A DNA stretch of 64,000 bases. Source: Verrucomicrobiia bacterium. Lineage in GTDB: Bacteria > Verrucomicrobiota > Verrucomicrobiia > Limisphaerales > UBA1319. Under the pieces are notes generated by a model, which had not been told where the DNA came from, ran no database searches, and worked only from the letters and a program-made list of their open reading frames with translations. The position numbers were made by a program, and so were the translations under genes. Of this stretch, positions 54,455 through 64,000 are shown piece by piece; position 1 is the first letter of the stretch, and each line of letters begins with the position of its first letter. Where the stretch lies: contig OY760937.1 of NCBI GenBank assembly GCA_963664225.1, positions 2,496,001 to 2,560,000 on the forward strand. The letters are read 5' to 3'.

Positions 54455-54483
54455 AATATACCTAGCACCGCAAGGCGTGTCAA
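54455..54483 (-). promoter_or_regulatory. Sigma70 promoter of padR (leaderless)
   Basis: TTGACA-17-TATATT-6-ATG. Confidence 0.75.
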
Positions 54484-54611
54484 CTACCTTCGAAATTATT
54501 TTTAAATTGTATCCGGTTGCAAGGACTGCGGTGGCGGAATTCAACGCGCAACCATTTTATGGAATGGTCAATCGCGATAATTCCCCAGCGGCGTGGGATG
54601 CGAAGTTGACG

Positions 54612-54882
54612 GTTACCATTTCAACCCGCTCGATTCGACGATAGCCCCACCGGCTGAAGCCGGGACTCCATACCTGTTCATCCGTGGCCAACGGTTTTCC
54701 CTTCTCACTCTGTACAGCAACGAAACCTGACTGAGCGTGCCGTACTGCCTGGCTTGAACTACCGCCGCTAATTCGTTTGCCGCAAGTCCATTCGTGCTGC
54801 AATTACAGTTACCATTTCAACCCGCTCGATTCGACGATAGCCCCACCGGCTGAAGCCGGGACTCCATACCTGTTCATCCGTG
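54612..54882. repeat. Exact 75-bp direct repeat containing a GGAG-type REP
   Basis: 54612-54686 is identical to 54808-54882; core CCGGCTGAAGCCGGGACTCC. Confidence 0.9.
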
Positions 54883-54983
54883 CTGTAATCGATGTTGAGC
54901 GCGATAACGGCCTGCTCGTTACTCACGTCACCCGGCCTGCCTTCACCGGGTTCCTCTGCCGCCGCGAGCCAGTATGTTTTCAG

Positions 54984-57900
54984 TTATTCCTCCAAACGGG
55001 CGCGGTAGAATTTCAGAAACGCGTTGGTCGTGCTGCGGTCGGTGCAGATGTCGGCGCCCGACTGGTTGACGATGACCGCCAGCGGTTCCCATTGGACGGC
55101 ATTTGTGGAGACTTCGATGGCCACTTTGGCCCCCGCAATACTGATCACAGGGAGAAGCCAGGAACCATCCGGTTGCTGGCTGCACTGGCCCAGCCGTGGC
55201 GCGGACGCATCCACGGGCAGCGTCTGGCGCCTGCCTTGAATGGGTGTGGTTTGTGGCGCGCTCATGTCATCAAATACAGCCGACCCGGCGAAGAGTCCGG
55301 CTGTGGTGGCATTGGTCGGCGGTGTGACCTGATAGGTCAAAACGCGTGGCTGACCATCGGTGAAGAACCATTTGACCTGTCCATTGACGGCATCCCATGT
55401 GCCGCCCGCGCTGATGGAGGACACAGTCCATCCAGTCGGGGGTTGGTCTTCGACGGCATAAGCCAGCACACCGGTGGGAGGTGTCGCGGTGAGGGTTACT
55501 GGCAGGGCGGTACCCGGCGTATAGCTGGCGGGCAAATCACTCACGATGCGGTTTACAGCAACCACGGCCATTGTGCGGATGATATTCGTGTGCACGACGT
55601 TCGTTTGAACAATGAACGACACGTTGATCCAGCAGTAGGGCGGGGCTCCGGAGGATGGGGAAAAGATGTAGGCTTCACCGCCTTTCCAAAGCGCGCCCGC
55701 GCGGGTCACGTAATCCATGCGAATGGGATTGGGCCCCACAGGCCAATTCGCGCCTTTCTTCCAGGCGGCGCTGTAGGCCGTGACTTCATTGATGCTCATG
55801 AGGTGATCCTCCGGCGACATATCCGCCGGATGGTATTGCCGGCCGGATGGAATCGTATCGTCACCCGTAATAGCCACGCCCGTGCCGTCCGCGGAGAGTT
55901 GTCCAATGAATTCCGCTTCCCTCACCGCATTGTCCGGGGGAGTCACTTTATAGGACAAGGTGCGGGGTTCGGCATCGAAAAATGGGCCGAACTTGACCAT
56001 TCCACTCAGGGCGTCGAAAACGCCTTCATGGCTGATGGAGGACACAGTCCACCCCCACGGGGGAGAATCCTGGAGCGCGTAAGCATAGGAGCCCGGTGCG
56101 GGTGTCACGAGAATTTCCACCCGGAACGGCGTTTGCGGCAGATACACTTCGGGAAGATGGCGCACCGCTGTCGAAACCACGATGGGTTGACTGACGCTGA
56201 AGCTGACATTCACGGAAGGTGAGGTGGCATTTCGATTGTCCGTGGCCCTGGCTGAGGCCGTGTAATTGCCAGGGGTTGTGGGTGTCCACTCCAACGCATA
56301 AACGCCTTGGGCGGAGCTGAGGGAAATGCCCTCTCCCACACTGTGGTCGTTGACGAAAAACTCGACGGATTTTACGTAGCCATCCGGATCAGTTGCGGAG
56401 GCTTTGAATAGAATCGTCAGATTCACCGGGTAATCCCTGCCTTCCTGCGGCGAAAGCATTCCGATCTCAGGCCATTGGTTGGGGAGCGGTTCATCGCGCC
56501 GGTAGGTGAGCCAGACCTGGCTGGTTTTTGGGTTGACCAGGTAGATTCTGGATTCCCTGGGCTGGCTTGTGTTGACACTGTCCGGAGACAGAAGCAACGC
56601 CAGGTATTCGCCCACGGAGGTCAGCTCGGAACGATAACCCGTGGGGCTGACATCAAAGGGCAGTTCCGGCAGCTCAATGACTCCAGTATTAACGCCATTC
56701 GCATTAAGACGGAGCAGGCGGGCATGGCCGCTGCCCTGATGATAAACCTCCAATCCATAAAGAGAGTCGTCAACCGCATGATACTGGAGGCAATCGAAAT
56801 CCAGATTTTGAACACTGGAAACCAGAGACCACCTTGAGAGGGTGGAATCGTTGGCGTAAAGGAAGCCTTCACCACCGAGGCTGACCAGGAGCGCCCTTTG
56901 GCGCATGGAATCGTAGGTCATTCCCATGGGCCAGCTTAACTCCGGCACACCGGAGCCCAGGTTCACTTGAATTGTGGATCCGACCCGGGTGTCCAACATA
57001 TAAACGCTCTGACTCTCCGTGCCGTAGTAGAATCTCTCACCGCTGGTTCGCGTGGCGCGCATGCCGCCGGGGAAAAATGCGTTTGTGTCCACTGGACCGT
57101 CCAGTGTGTAGTTCTTGACGATCAGATGGCCGTTTGTGGTGCCCGGGCTTCCGCTCCAGAAAGTGAGGCTGAAGGGAAATTTGAACAACAGCCGCGGGTC
57201 ATCCTGAACTTTATCAATCGTGAATCCGCCAGGCATCGGTGCGGTATAGAGGCCCTGGAAACTGGAAAGCTGTAATCCGGTCAATGCGTAGAGCTTGGGC
57301 AAGGCCTGATTGAACTGGGCTGATCCCACTTCAAAGCCCGCCCAAAGCACCTGACCATAATTTCCACCAGGGAACGCCTCGACGATCTCCACTCCCGCGC
57401 CCAGCCCCGAGATGGTCTGGGCGTAAAACCCGCCCAGGATCACCTTTTCCACAATGCAATTGCTGGCCACGTTGACCTGCCAATGCACCGGTTCGTAGGC
57501 GCTTAGGAATAGCGTGACCCGTTTTCCGGGACGATTCACGTTAACCAACGCCTCACCCTTCAGGTTATTTGGACTGGGTCCGCCATTATAATTGCCGGAG
57601 TAAACGCCTATCCCATGGAGTTCCCGTTCAGAAACGGTTCCTTGAACGGTGACGTGAGTCCCACCAGAAACAACAGGATGCCCCAAGGCGTCGGTGGCTT
57701 TGGCTGTTAGCGTGTAGTTCCCCGGTGCCGTATTGGTCCAAACCACCGAATGATACATGGGCGTTCCCGCAGGCGGCTCGACCAAGGTGGATATTTGGGA
57801 CACACCCACGAGCTTATCGTTGGCGAAAAATTCGACCCGGTAAATGGTGCCATGCGGGTCCGTGGCCGTTGCGTTAATAGGAACAATTACCGGTGCCATG

Positions 57901-59654
57901 AAGCTGGCGCCGTTTGTGGGGCTGGTGATGACGAGCGAGGCCGACTGATTGGTCAGGGAGTCGTTATCGCGGATCACCACACTGACCCTGTTCGAGAATC
58001 CGATGCCATAGACCAACTGCCTGTTCAGAACGGTGGGGATCAATTCCGCCACAATGGTTTCGTCGGCTTCCACCAGCTTGTCGTCAATGGTTTGGACCCG
58101 CACATCGACATACTGTCGGCCTGCCGGAATGGTATTGGTGATCGGAAGCCGGACATAATCCACTCCATTGGATGCCGTGCCGCCTAAACTCCATGCCACC
58201 AGCAAGTTGGAATTGGTTTGCAAAGTACGACTGATGCGGAAAAAAAGGTTGGTCATACCTTCCAAAACGCTATTGGTGGAGGCTGAGATATTGACGATTG
58301 GAATCTGGTTGGTCAGGTAAACCGGTTTCGTGGCCAGGTATTCGCCAGCAATCGGCGGATCCCCGTTCACCGGAGGCAGTTCGCCCGGTTTTTGCCAGGT
58401 GACCGCGCAGTGATCGCCACCACCACCCTCTTTCATAAGGGCCTCCACATAGTAATAATGCCCGGCCATGAGTGTGATGGGTTCAGTACGATTGTTGATG
58501 CTGCCGTCTGCGCCGGGCATCTGGCTCCATTCCCTTGGCATGCTCCATGATTCCTCCTTTGCGACAAGCACCTTGTTTTCGGGTGACGAATCGCTGCTAA
58601 GCCACAACTCACCCTGGTCGTCCGAGGCGATGTAGAAGACGTATTGGCCATCGGTCGGCGGCTTGAGATAACCGGAAATCCGCTGGCCGTAATTGTCGGC
58701 CACATCCATGGGTGCCTCGAAACTGTTGATGAAATTCACCTGATCCGGTTTGTCGGGGAATTTCCCGCTGCCGGTCAGGTCAGCCACCGTGATGCCGGGA
58801 ACGTCCAGATACACCTCGCGCTTAAGGTATCCCGCCACCAGATGCGTATCGACGGGGGGGCTCATGACTGTGATGAGGACCGGGACGGAGGTGGAATGGA
58901 GGTTGCCAGTAGTGGTGGCGACCGCAGTCAGGGTATGCGTGCCGGCCGCGATGTTTTGCAGTTGGAATTTGATGGGATAAACACTCTGAAGTGCGGTATT
59001 GGTCACCCCGCCCGCCCTTTGCCCATCGAGAAGAAATTCCACGGTCTGGATCAGGCTGTTACGCGCCTCGGCCAATCCGGTCACCGCCACTGGGACTGAG
59101 TACGAATTGGTTGAATTGTCCACTGGCGCCGTTAGAAGAATCACCGGCGAGACATTGGCGCTCGCATTATCGTCCTTGATGATGACAGTGGCCTCGGTGG
59201 GTGATCCCAACTCGTATTTCGCCACAGGTGACATGGACATGTCCGGCAACAGGGTCAGGGTTACCGTTTCGTCACTTTCGGGCAGACCGTCCTGGTAAGG
59301 CCAAACTACTGTGTGAACCTCACGCACACCCGCCGGTATCTGTATCGAATCCGGTATGGCGGCGTAGTCCAGACCCGGTATGGCGTTGCCCTGCAATCGG
59401 GTGAAGACCCAGACGGCGGAATTGGTGTTGCCCGTGCGCCGAATGGTGAATTGCGCGAAATTGATCAGCCCCGCATCGGTGGGTTTCTCCCAACCTGCCG
59501 GGTCGCTGGCGATCACCGAGAGGATGGGGACCTGCGAAAGGTTCGTCCCGGTACCCGGTGGATTTGTTTGGGCGGAACCTGTTTGAAGCCCCGCCATGAA
59601 AACCCATGAGCTTGCGATCAAGATTGTTAGGAATCTGAGACCCGAGTTTTTCAT
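54984..59654 (-). CDS. 1556-aa secreted multidomain protein (Calx-beta-like, Ig-like, PA14, C-terminal FYR domain)
   Basis: Signal peptide; FTIRRTG..N...GNAIPGLDY, VEFFAND Ig repeats, PA14 DNYGQRISGYL...IASDD...KEGGGGD. Confidence 0.85.
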   Translation of the reverse strand: MKNSGLRFLTILIASSWVFMAGLQTGSAQTNPPGTGTNLSQVPILSVIASDPAGWEKPTDAGLINFAQFTIRRTGNTNSAVWVFTRLQGNAIPGLDYAAIPDSIQIPAGVREVHTVVWPYQDGLPESDETVTLTLLPDMSMSPVAKYELGSPTEATVIIKDDNASANVSPVILLTAPVDNSTNSYSVPVAVTGLAEARNSLIQTVEFLLDGQRAGGVTNTALQSVYPIKFQLQNIAAGTHTLTAVATTTGNLHSTSVPVLITVMSPPVDTHLVAGYLKREVYLDVPGITVADLTGSGKFPDKPDQVNFINSFEAPMDVADNYGQRISGYLKPPTDGQYVFYIASDDQGELWLSSDSSPENKVLVAKEESWSMPREWSQMPGADGSINNRTEPITLMAGHYYYVEALMKEGGGGDHCAVTWQKPGELPPVNGDPPIAGEYLATKPVYLTNQIPIVNISASTNSVLEGMTNLFFRISRTLQTNSNLLVAWSLGGTASNGVDYVRLPITNTIPAGRQYVDVRVQTIDDKLVEADETIVAELIPTVLNRQLVYGIGFSNRVSVVIRDNDSLTNQSASLVITSPTNGASFMAPVIVPINATATDPHGTIYRVEFFANDKLVGVSQISTLVEPPAGTPMYHSVVWTNTAPGNYTLTAKATDALGHPVVSGGTHVTVQGTVSERELHGIGVYSGNYNGGPSPNNLKGEALVNVNRPGKRVTLFLSAYEPVHWQVNVASNCIVEKVILGGFYAQTISGLGAGVEIVEAFPGGNYGQVLWAGFEVGSAQFNQALPKLYALTGLQLSSFQGLYTAPMPGGFTIDKVQDDPRLLFKFPFSLTFWSGSPGTTNGHLIVKNYTLDGPVDTNAFFPGGMRATRTSGERFYYGTESQSVYMLDTRVGSTIQVNLGSGVPELSWPMGMTYDSMRQRALLVSLGGEGFLYANDSTLSRWSLVSSVQNLDFDCLQYHAVDDSLYGLEVYHQGSGHARLLRLNANGVNTGVIELPELPFDVSPTGYRSELTSVGEYLALLLSPDSVNTSQPRESRIYLVNPKTSQVWLTYRRDEPLPNQWPEIGMLSPQEGRDYPVNLTILFKASATDPDGYVKSVEFFVNDHSVGEGISLSSAQGVYALEWTPTTPGNYTASARATDNRNATSPSVNVSFSVSQPIVVSTAVRHLPEVYLPQTPFRVEILVTPAPGSYAYALQDSPPWGWTVSSISHEGVFDALSGMVKFGPFFDAEPRTLSYKVTPPDNAVREAEFIGQLSADGTGVAITGDDTIPSGRQYHPADMSPEDHLMSINEVTAYSAAWKKGANWPVGPNPIRMDYVTRAGALWKGGEAYIFSPSSGAPPYCWINVSFIVQTNVVHTNIIRTMAVVAVNRIVSDLPASYTPGTALPVTLTATPPTGVLAYAVEDQPPTGWTVSSISAGGTWDAVNGQVKWFFTDGQPRVLTYQVTPPTNATTAGLFAGSAVFDDMSAPQTTPIQGRRQTLPVDASAPRLGQCSQQPDGSWLLPVISIAGAKVAIEVSTNAVQWEPLAVIVNQSGADICTDRSTTNAFLKFYRARLEE

Positions 59655-59950
59655 GTCAATCTCTCCGGTAAATTGTTCTCAAAAGCAAAAAATCCATACC
59701 TCCGCATTGGCCTGGGTGGCTGATGTACGGTTTCCCGGAAACAAACCAAGCCCAAGCCGTTTTCTAAAATTAAATCTATAGCATAAACTGTACGAGTGCC
59801 ATTAAATACCGCGAATATTTTGGTTTTATTGCGTTCAATCACCGATCCAACCAAGACACTTGGAAGCAGTGTAAAAGCGCACTTCGATCACTTCGCACTT
59901 GAGGCATAACGCGCTTGAAGGTTTCCACACTCACAGTTAATCTCCGCGCC

Positions 59951-62788
59951 ATGCCATTCCTGCAATTCGCTTTACAGACCACGTGGCGATTTAAATCGTC
60001 GCGAGAGCAAAGCTTGCTGCGAATCGTTTCCACACTCCGATCCGCGCTCCTGATCTGGGGATTGATTGCGGGAATCTGCCATTCGTACGGCCAGTCCAAC
60101 GTGTTCCTGCCGGATGTCCCCGAACTCACGACCAGAACCTGGCAGGTCGAAGACGGTTTGCCGCAAAATTCGGTGAATTGCTTTGCGCAGACACCCGATG
60201 GGTACCTCTGGTTTGGCACTTTCAATGGCCTGGTCCGGTTCGATGGGGTGCGCTTCAAAGTTTATGATTCCGCCAACACTCCCGGGCTGCCGGGTAATCG
60301 GATTGTGCGGCTTTATTGCGATCGACGCGGTCAATTGTGGGTGGTCAACGAAAACGGCGCTCTCTCGATCCGCACAGATGCCGGATTTACGAGCCTGGGC
60401 GCTGATGCCGGCTTGGTGAAAGAGCGAGTCAACGCCCTGGGTGAGGATAAAGAGGGCCGCGTTTATATTGGCACCGGCTCGGGAGCGTTGTTCCGGTGGA
60501 ACGAGGCCCGATTTGAAACCGTTTTAAAACCCGATTCATCGAAGCTTCAGGTGCCTCCCATTTTTCAAATCGAACCCCATCCCCAGGACGGCGTTTTCAT
60601 TGTCTGCGATCAGGGCCGGGCTTTTCATGTTCATAATTCCATCCCGCTTCCCCTGTTCGAACCCGAGGGGCGATCCGATGATATTCGACGGATGGCCCGC
60701 GCGCGTGACGGGGGATTCTGGATCGCCACAGTGCGGGGTGTTTACCATTGGAAGGACGGCCAGTGGACCAAGGGGCGCTGGCGGCAACCGGATCGGTGGA
60801 ATTTCGTCTGGTCCCTGGTCGAAGACCACGAGGGCAACCTCTGGATGTCCCAGTATAATGACGATTTCTGGTGCCTGAAAGCCACCGGGCCTGAAGAACC
60901 CGTGACCTTCAAGGAGCACCCTTCCTTTGCCAAGGCCCGACCGTTGTTCGAGGATCGCGAAGGCAATCTCTGGATCGGCACTGACGGCGAAGGTCTGGTG
61001 CAGGTCCGTTCCCGCGAGGTCCAGATGCTGGGGCGAAAGGATGGTTTGCGCCAGGACATGGTGATGACGGTCACGGAGGACGCCGGCGGGGCCATTTGGT
61101 TTGGCTACAACACTGCGGGCATTGACCGGCTGGATACTGCTTCCGGAAAAATCGAGCGTTTGGTCCAAATGCCTGAGCTGTCGGAAGTGGCTCCCGTTTG
61201 GAAAATGCTCACGGATCGCACCGGAGGCATATGGATTTCATTGTACAACGGCGGAATTCTCCATTACGAGAACAACCATTTCACCTCGATATCCAACCTG
61301 TCCTTGCTCAAACCGCTTACCTTGTTTGAGGATCGCAAAGGGGATATATGGGCCGGGATCCGCAACGAGCGGGGGCAGCTACCGCCGGGGATGGTGGGCG
61401 GTCTGGCGCGAATCCATGACGGTCTGGGGACCAATTACACCTGGCGCGGGGTGGAGCATGATGGAGTGAGGGCGGTTGCCGAAGATGCCTCAGGCACCAT
61501 TTGGGTGGGAACAGACGGGGCCGGACTTTTCAAGTTCACCGCGGCAGGAGCCGAGCCGGTGGTGCCCATCAGCGGACCTTCAGCCCGGCGTGTCTCGTCA
61601 CTTATCGCCGATCCAGAGGGCAATATGTGGGTCGGCACGTTCCAGGAGGGACTGGTTTTGTTCCGTGAGGGTCACGCGTTTTCGTTTCGTTCCAACAACC
61701 AGTTTTCCTTTCACGATGTGGTCAATCTGAGCCTGGATGCCGAGGATCACCTCTGGATCGGAACCGAGAAGGGCGTGTTTGGAATGCCGCGCAAGCAGTT
61801 GATCGCCATGACCGCCGATCCAAACCTTGGCGTGAACCAGATCGCGCTCAATAAATATTCCGGTCTGCCATCGTTCGAGCTGAACGGTCCTGTGTATTTT
61901 GCAAAAGACGGGCGGGCATGGATCCCCACAACCAAGGGAGTAGGCTGGTTCATGCCGTCGGATTTGCGAGAGAACACCAACCCACCGCCGGTGAGGGTTG
62001 AATCCATCACAATCAACGGGGTCAATCAGACCACTGAGGCGTCCGGCCCGCAGGGAACCACGAACGACCTGAACCAGGCGCAAGTGGTGGTTCCGGCTGG
62101 CAATCGCACGCTGGAATTTAATTACACCGGGTTGAGCTTCAGCAATCCCGAGGCTGTCCGTTTTCGCTATCGCCTGGAGGGTGTGGACGAGGGATGGGTT
62201 TGGGCCGAAGGCCGCCGGACCGCCTTCTACACGCTTGTGCCGCCTGGACAATACCGATTCAATGTAACCGCCGCAAACGATCAAGGCGTCTGGAATCCGG
62301 TGGGAGCAATCGTGACCATTCGGGTGAAACCTTTCTTGTGGCAGACCGGATGGTTTCGCGCGCTTGTTTTGCTCGGGTTGGTCGGGTTGGCGGCTGGAAT
62401 CGCGGCAAAGGTTAGCGCTTCAAAGTTGCGCCATGAAATGGCACGGACCGAGGAACGGAATGCACGGCTGCGTGCCGACGCCATGGCCGCCGCCAACAAG
62501 CTGTTGAAAGCAAAAACCGACGATTTGGAGGATGCCCTGTCCAAGGTGAAAACCCTCCGCGGCCTGATCCCGATTTGCGCCTCATGCAAAAAAATCAGGG
62601 ACGACCAGGGCTACTGGAACCGCGTGGAATCCTACATCCAGGAGCACTCCGAAGCCAAGTTCTCCCATGGACTCTGCCCTGATTGCATCCGCGACCAATG
62701 GTCCGAATACTCCGCGAAGCAGGATAAAGCGAATGTAAACAAAGAGAATACACCGCCCCAAGGCGATCCAGAAGGCCTGAGTCGTTAG
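59951..62788 (+). CDS. Membrane sensor: two-component-type beta-propellers + Y_Y_Y + TM + Cys-rich C-terminal domain, no kinase
   Basis: GLPQNSV..QTPDGYLWFGT, repeated EDxxGxxWxGT, FRYRLEG.D..W, then LIPICASCKKIRDDQGYW...SHGLCPDC. Confidence 0.85.
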   Translation: MPFLQFALQTTWRFKSSREQSLLRIVSTLRSALLIWGLIAGICHSYGQSNVFLPDVPELTTRTWQVEDGLPQNSVNCFAQTPDGYLWFGTFNGLVRFDGVRFKVYDSANTPGLPGNRIVRLYCDRRGQLWVVNENGALSIRTDAGFTSLGADAGLVKERVNALGEDKEGRVYIGTGSGALFRWNEARFETVLKPDSSKLQVPPIFQIEPHPQDGVFIVCDQGRAFHVHNSIPLPLFEPEGRSDDIRRMARARDGGFWIATVRGVYHWKDGQWTKGRWRQPDRWNFVWSLVEDHEGNLWMSQYNDDFWCLKATGPEEPVTFKEHPSFAKARPLFEDREGNLWIGTDGEGLVQVRSREVQMLGRKDGLRQDMVMTVTEDAGGAIWFGYNTAGIDRLDTASGKIERLVQMPELSEVAPVWKMLTDRTGGIWISLYNGGILHYENNHFTSISNLSLLKPLTLFEDRKGDIWAGIRNERGQLPPGMVGGLARIHDGLGTNYTWRGVEHDGVRAVAEDASGTIWVGTDGAGLFKFTAAGAEPVVPISGPSARRVSSLIADPEGNMWVGTFQEGLVLFREGHAFSFRSNNQFSFHDVVNLSLDAEDHLWIGTEKGVFGMPRKQLIAMTADPNLGVNQIALNKYSGLPSFELNGPVYFAKDGRAWIPTTKGVGWFMPSDLRENTNPPPVRVESITINGVNQTTEASGPQGTTNDLNQAQVVVPAGNRTLEFNYTGLSFSNPEAVRFRYRLEGVDEGWVWAEGRRTAFYTLVPPGQYRFNVTAANDQGVWNPVGAIVTIRVKPFLWQTGWFRALVLLGLVGLAAGIAAKVSASKLRHEMARTEERNARLRADAMAAANKLLKAKTDDLEDALSKVKTLRGLIPICASCKKIRDDQGYWNRVESYIQEHSEAKFSHGLCPDCIRDQWSEYSAKQDKANVNKENTPPQGDPEGLSR

Positions 62789-62970
62789 AAAAGAAGGAGG
62801 CGTGGACACTCAGCCGACGGCCATGCACGCGCGGGCCGTCTGAATCGGATTTGCCTTTGACCGATGGTTCGAAAGCGCCGAACCACCGGGTCAAAGAAAA
62901 AACATTATCCAGCCCGTTTAGGCCAACCAGCCCTTATGTTACTGAAAACCAGTTCAAGGCTGGCCGACTC

Positions 62971-64000
62971 TTAGTCGAGCGTGGCAGGAAGGCGGACAAA
63001 CTTGAGCCAGCGCGCCAGTTTCTCAGCCTCCCAGATTCGAGGCACGTATTGACGGAAACGGGCCACGGCGGAGAGTCGTCCATTCACGATGATCTCGGCC
63101 GGCAGCGGGCGGCTATTGTAATTGGAGGCCATGACAAATCCATAGGCCCCGGCGCTCATAATGGCCAGCAGGTCGCCTTCGACGAATTTGGGCAGCGGGC
63201 GATCATGGCAGAAGGCGTCCCCAGACTCGCAAACCGGGCCGACCACGTCGGTCGGGATGCCAGCGCCGCCTTTTTGCGTGACGGGAATGATCTGGTGATG
63301 GGCGTCGTAAAGAGCCGGACGAATCAGGTCGTTCATGGCGGCATCTACAATGACAAAGTTCTTTTCGCCGACCGTCTTGACGTACTCCACGCGGGTCACC
63401 AGGACCCCGGCATTCCCGACTATGAACCGGCCTGGCTCAATCAGAATGCGCAGGTTCAATGGCTGCACCAGGGGCAGAATGCTCTGTGCGTAGGACTCCG
63501 GCGTGATCATTTCCCGGCCGGCGCCGGATTCCCACCACGCGGGATCGCCGCTTTCCAAGGCCTGTGTGTATTCGATGCCCAAGCCGCCGCCGAGGCTGAA
63601 AAAGTCCAGGTTGTGAAGCTCCTGCAACTTTTTCACCAATGGAATCATTTTCCGAACCGCCTGTTCGAAGGGCTTGACGGAGGTGATCTGAGAGCCGATG
63701 TGCATCTGGATGCCGCGCAGACGCAGGTTCTTGAGCTTGCGCGCCCGGGTATAGAATCCCTCGACATCCTCGAAGGGAATGCCGAATTTATTGGCGTAAG
63801 TGCCCGTGGTGATTTTGGCATGGGTGTCCGCGCTGACGTTTGGATTCACACGGGCGGCCACCGGCGCGATTTTTTTCAGGCGCGCGGCCACCCGATTGAT
63901 GCGCTCGAGTTCCGGCTCGCTTTCGACGTTGAAGGAAAAAATATTTTGCTTCAGTGCAAATTCGATTTCTTCCTCCGTTTTGCCCACTCCGGCAAAAACA
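62971..64000 (-). CDS. lysA: Diaminopimelate decarboxylase (5' end outside window)
   Basis: FNVES..E, HIGSQI, GGGLGI, EPGRF, GPVCESGD, GAYG..MASNYN. Confidence 0.95.
   Translation of the reverse strand, partial: VFAGVGKTEEEIEFALKQNIFSFNVESEPELERINRVAARLKKIAPVAARVNPNVSADTHAKITTGTYANKFGIPFEDVEGFYTRARKLKNLRLRGIQMHIGSQITSVKPFEQAVRKMIPLVKKLQELHNLDFFSLGGGLGIEYTQALESGDPAWWESGAGREMITPESYAQSILPLVQPLNLRILIEPGRFIVGNAGVLVTRVEYVKTVGEKNFVIVDAAMNDLIRPALYDAHHQIIPVTQKGGAGIPTDVVGPVCESGDAFCHDRPLPKFVEGDLLAIMSAGAYGFVMASNYNSRPLPAEIIVNGRLSAVARFRQYVPRIWEAEKLARWLKFVRLPATLD

Noticed and set aside
54612..54882. Possible CRISPR array or attL/attR pair
   Set aside because: Only two 75-bp copies, too long for CRISPR repeats, with no integrase or tRNA nearby.

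Overview
High-GC bacterial chromosome segment. The gene content (DUF3568 lipoprotein, long-N-terminus RpoD, Tat-exported sugar enzymes, large secreted proteins ending in FYR) suggests a Verrucomicrobiota member, probably Pedosphaera/Limisphaera-like; this is an inference. Most of the window is housekeeping: rpoD, ftsH, clpB, dusB, accD, HIT-phoH-ybeY-recO, coaB, coaE, proA, malic enzyme, acnA, lysA. Accessory modules are interleaved: (1) a Wadjet-like jetA-jetB-jetC operon running off the left edge; (2) an unannotated 55-aa gene coupled to an ADP-ribosyltransferase-like gene broken by an in-frame TAA at codon 10; (3) two short zinc-ribbon-like genes behind a candidate sigma54 promoter and enhancer palindrome; (4) a GC-mosaic three-module BspA-type LRR protein; (5) a Tat subunit/GMC oxidoreductase/9-heme cytochrome operon followed by an orphan Rhs-AHH toxin and immunity pair; (6) a PadR and permease-prefix pair; (7) a 1556-aa Calx-beta/PA14/Ig surface protein divergent from a kinase-less propeller sensor. 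Several REP-like repeat families and two TIR-bounded miniature elements are present. At least six genes appear to have leaderless promoters. No rRNA, tRNA or CRISPR array was recognised. All assignments come from reading motifs by eye; no database searches were run.
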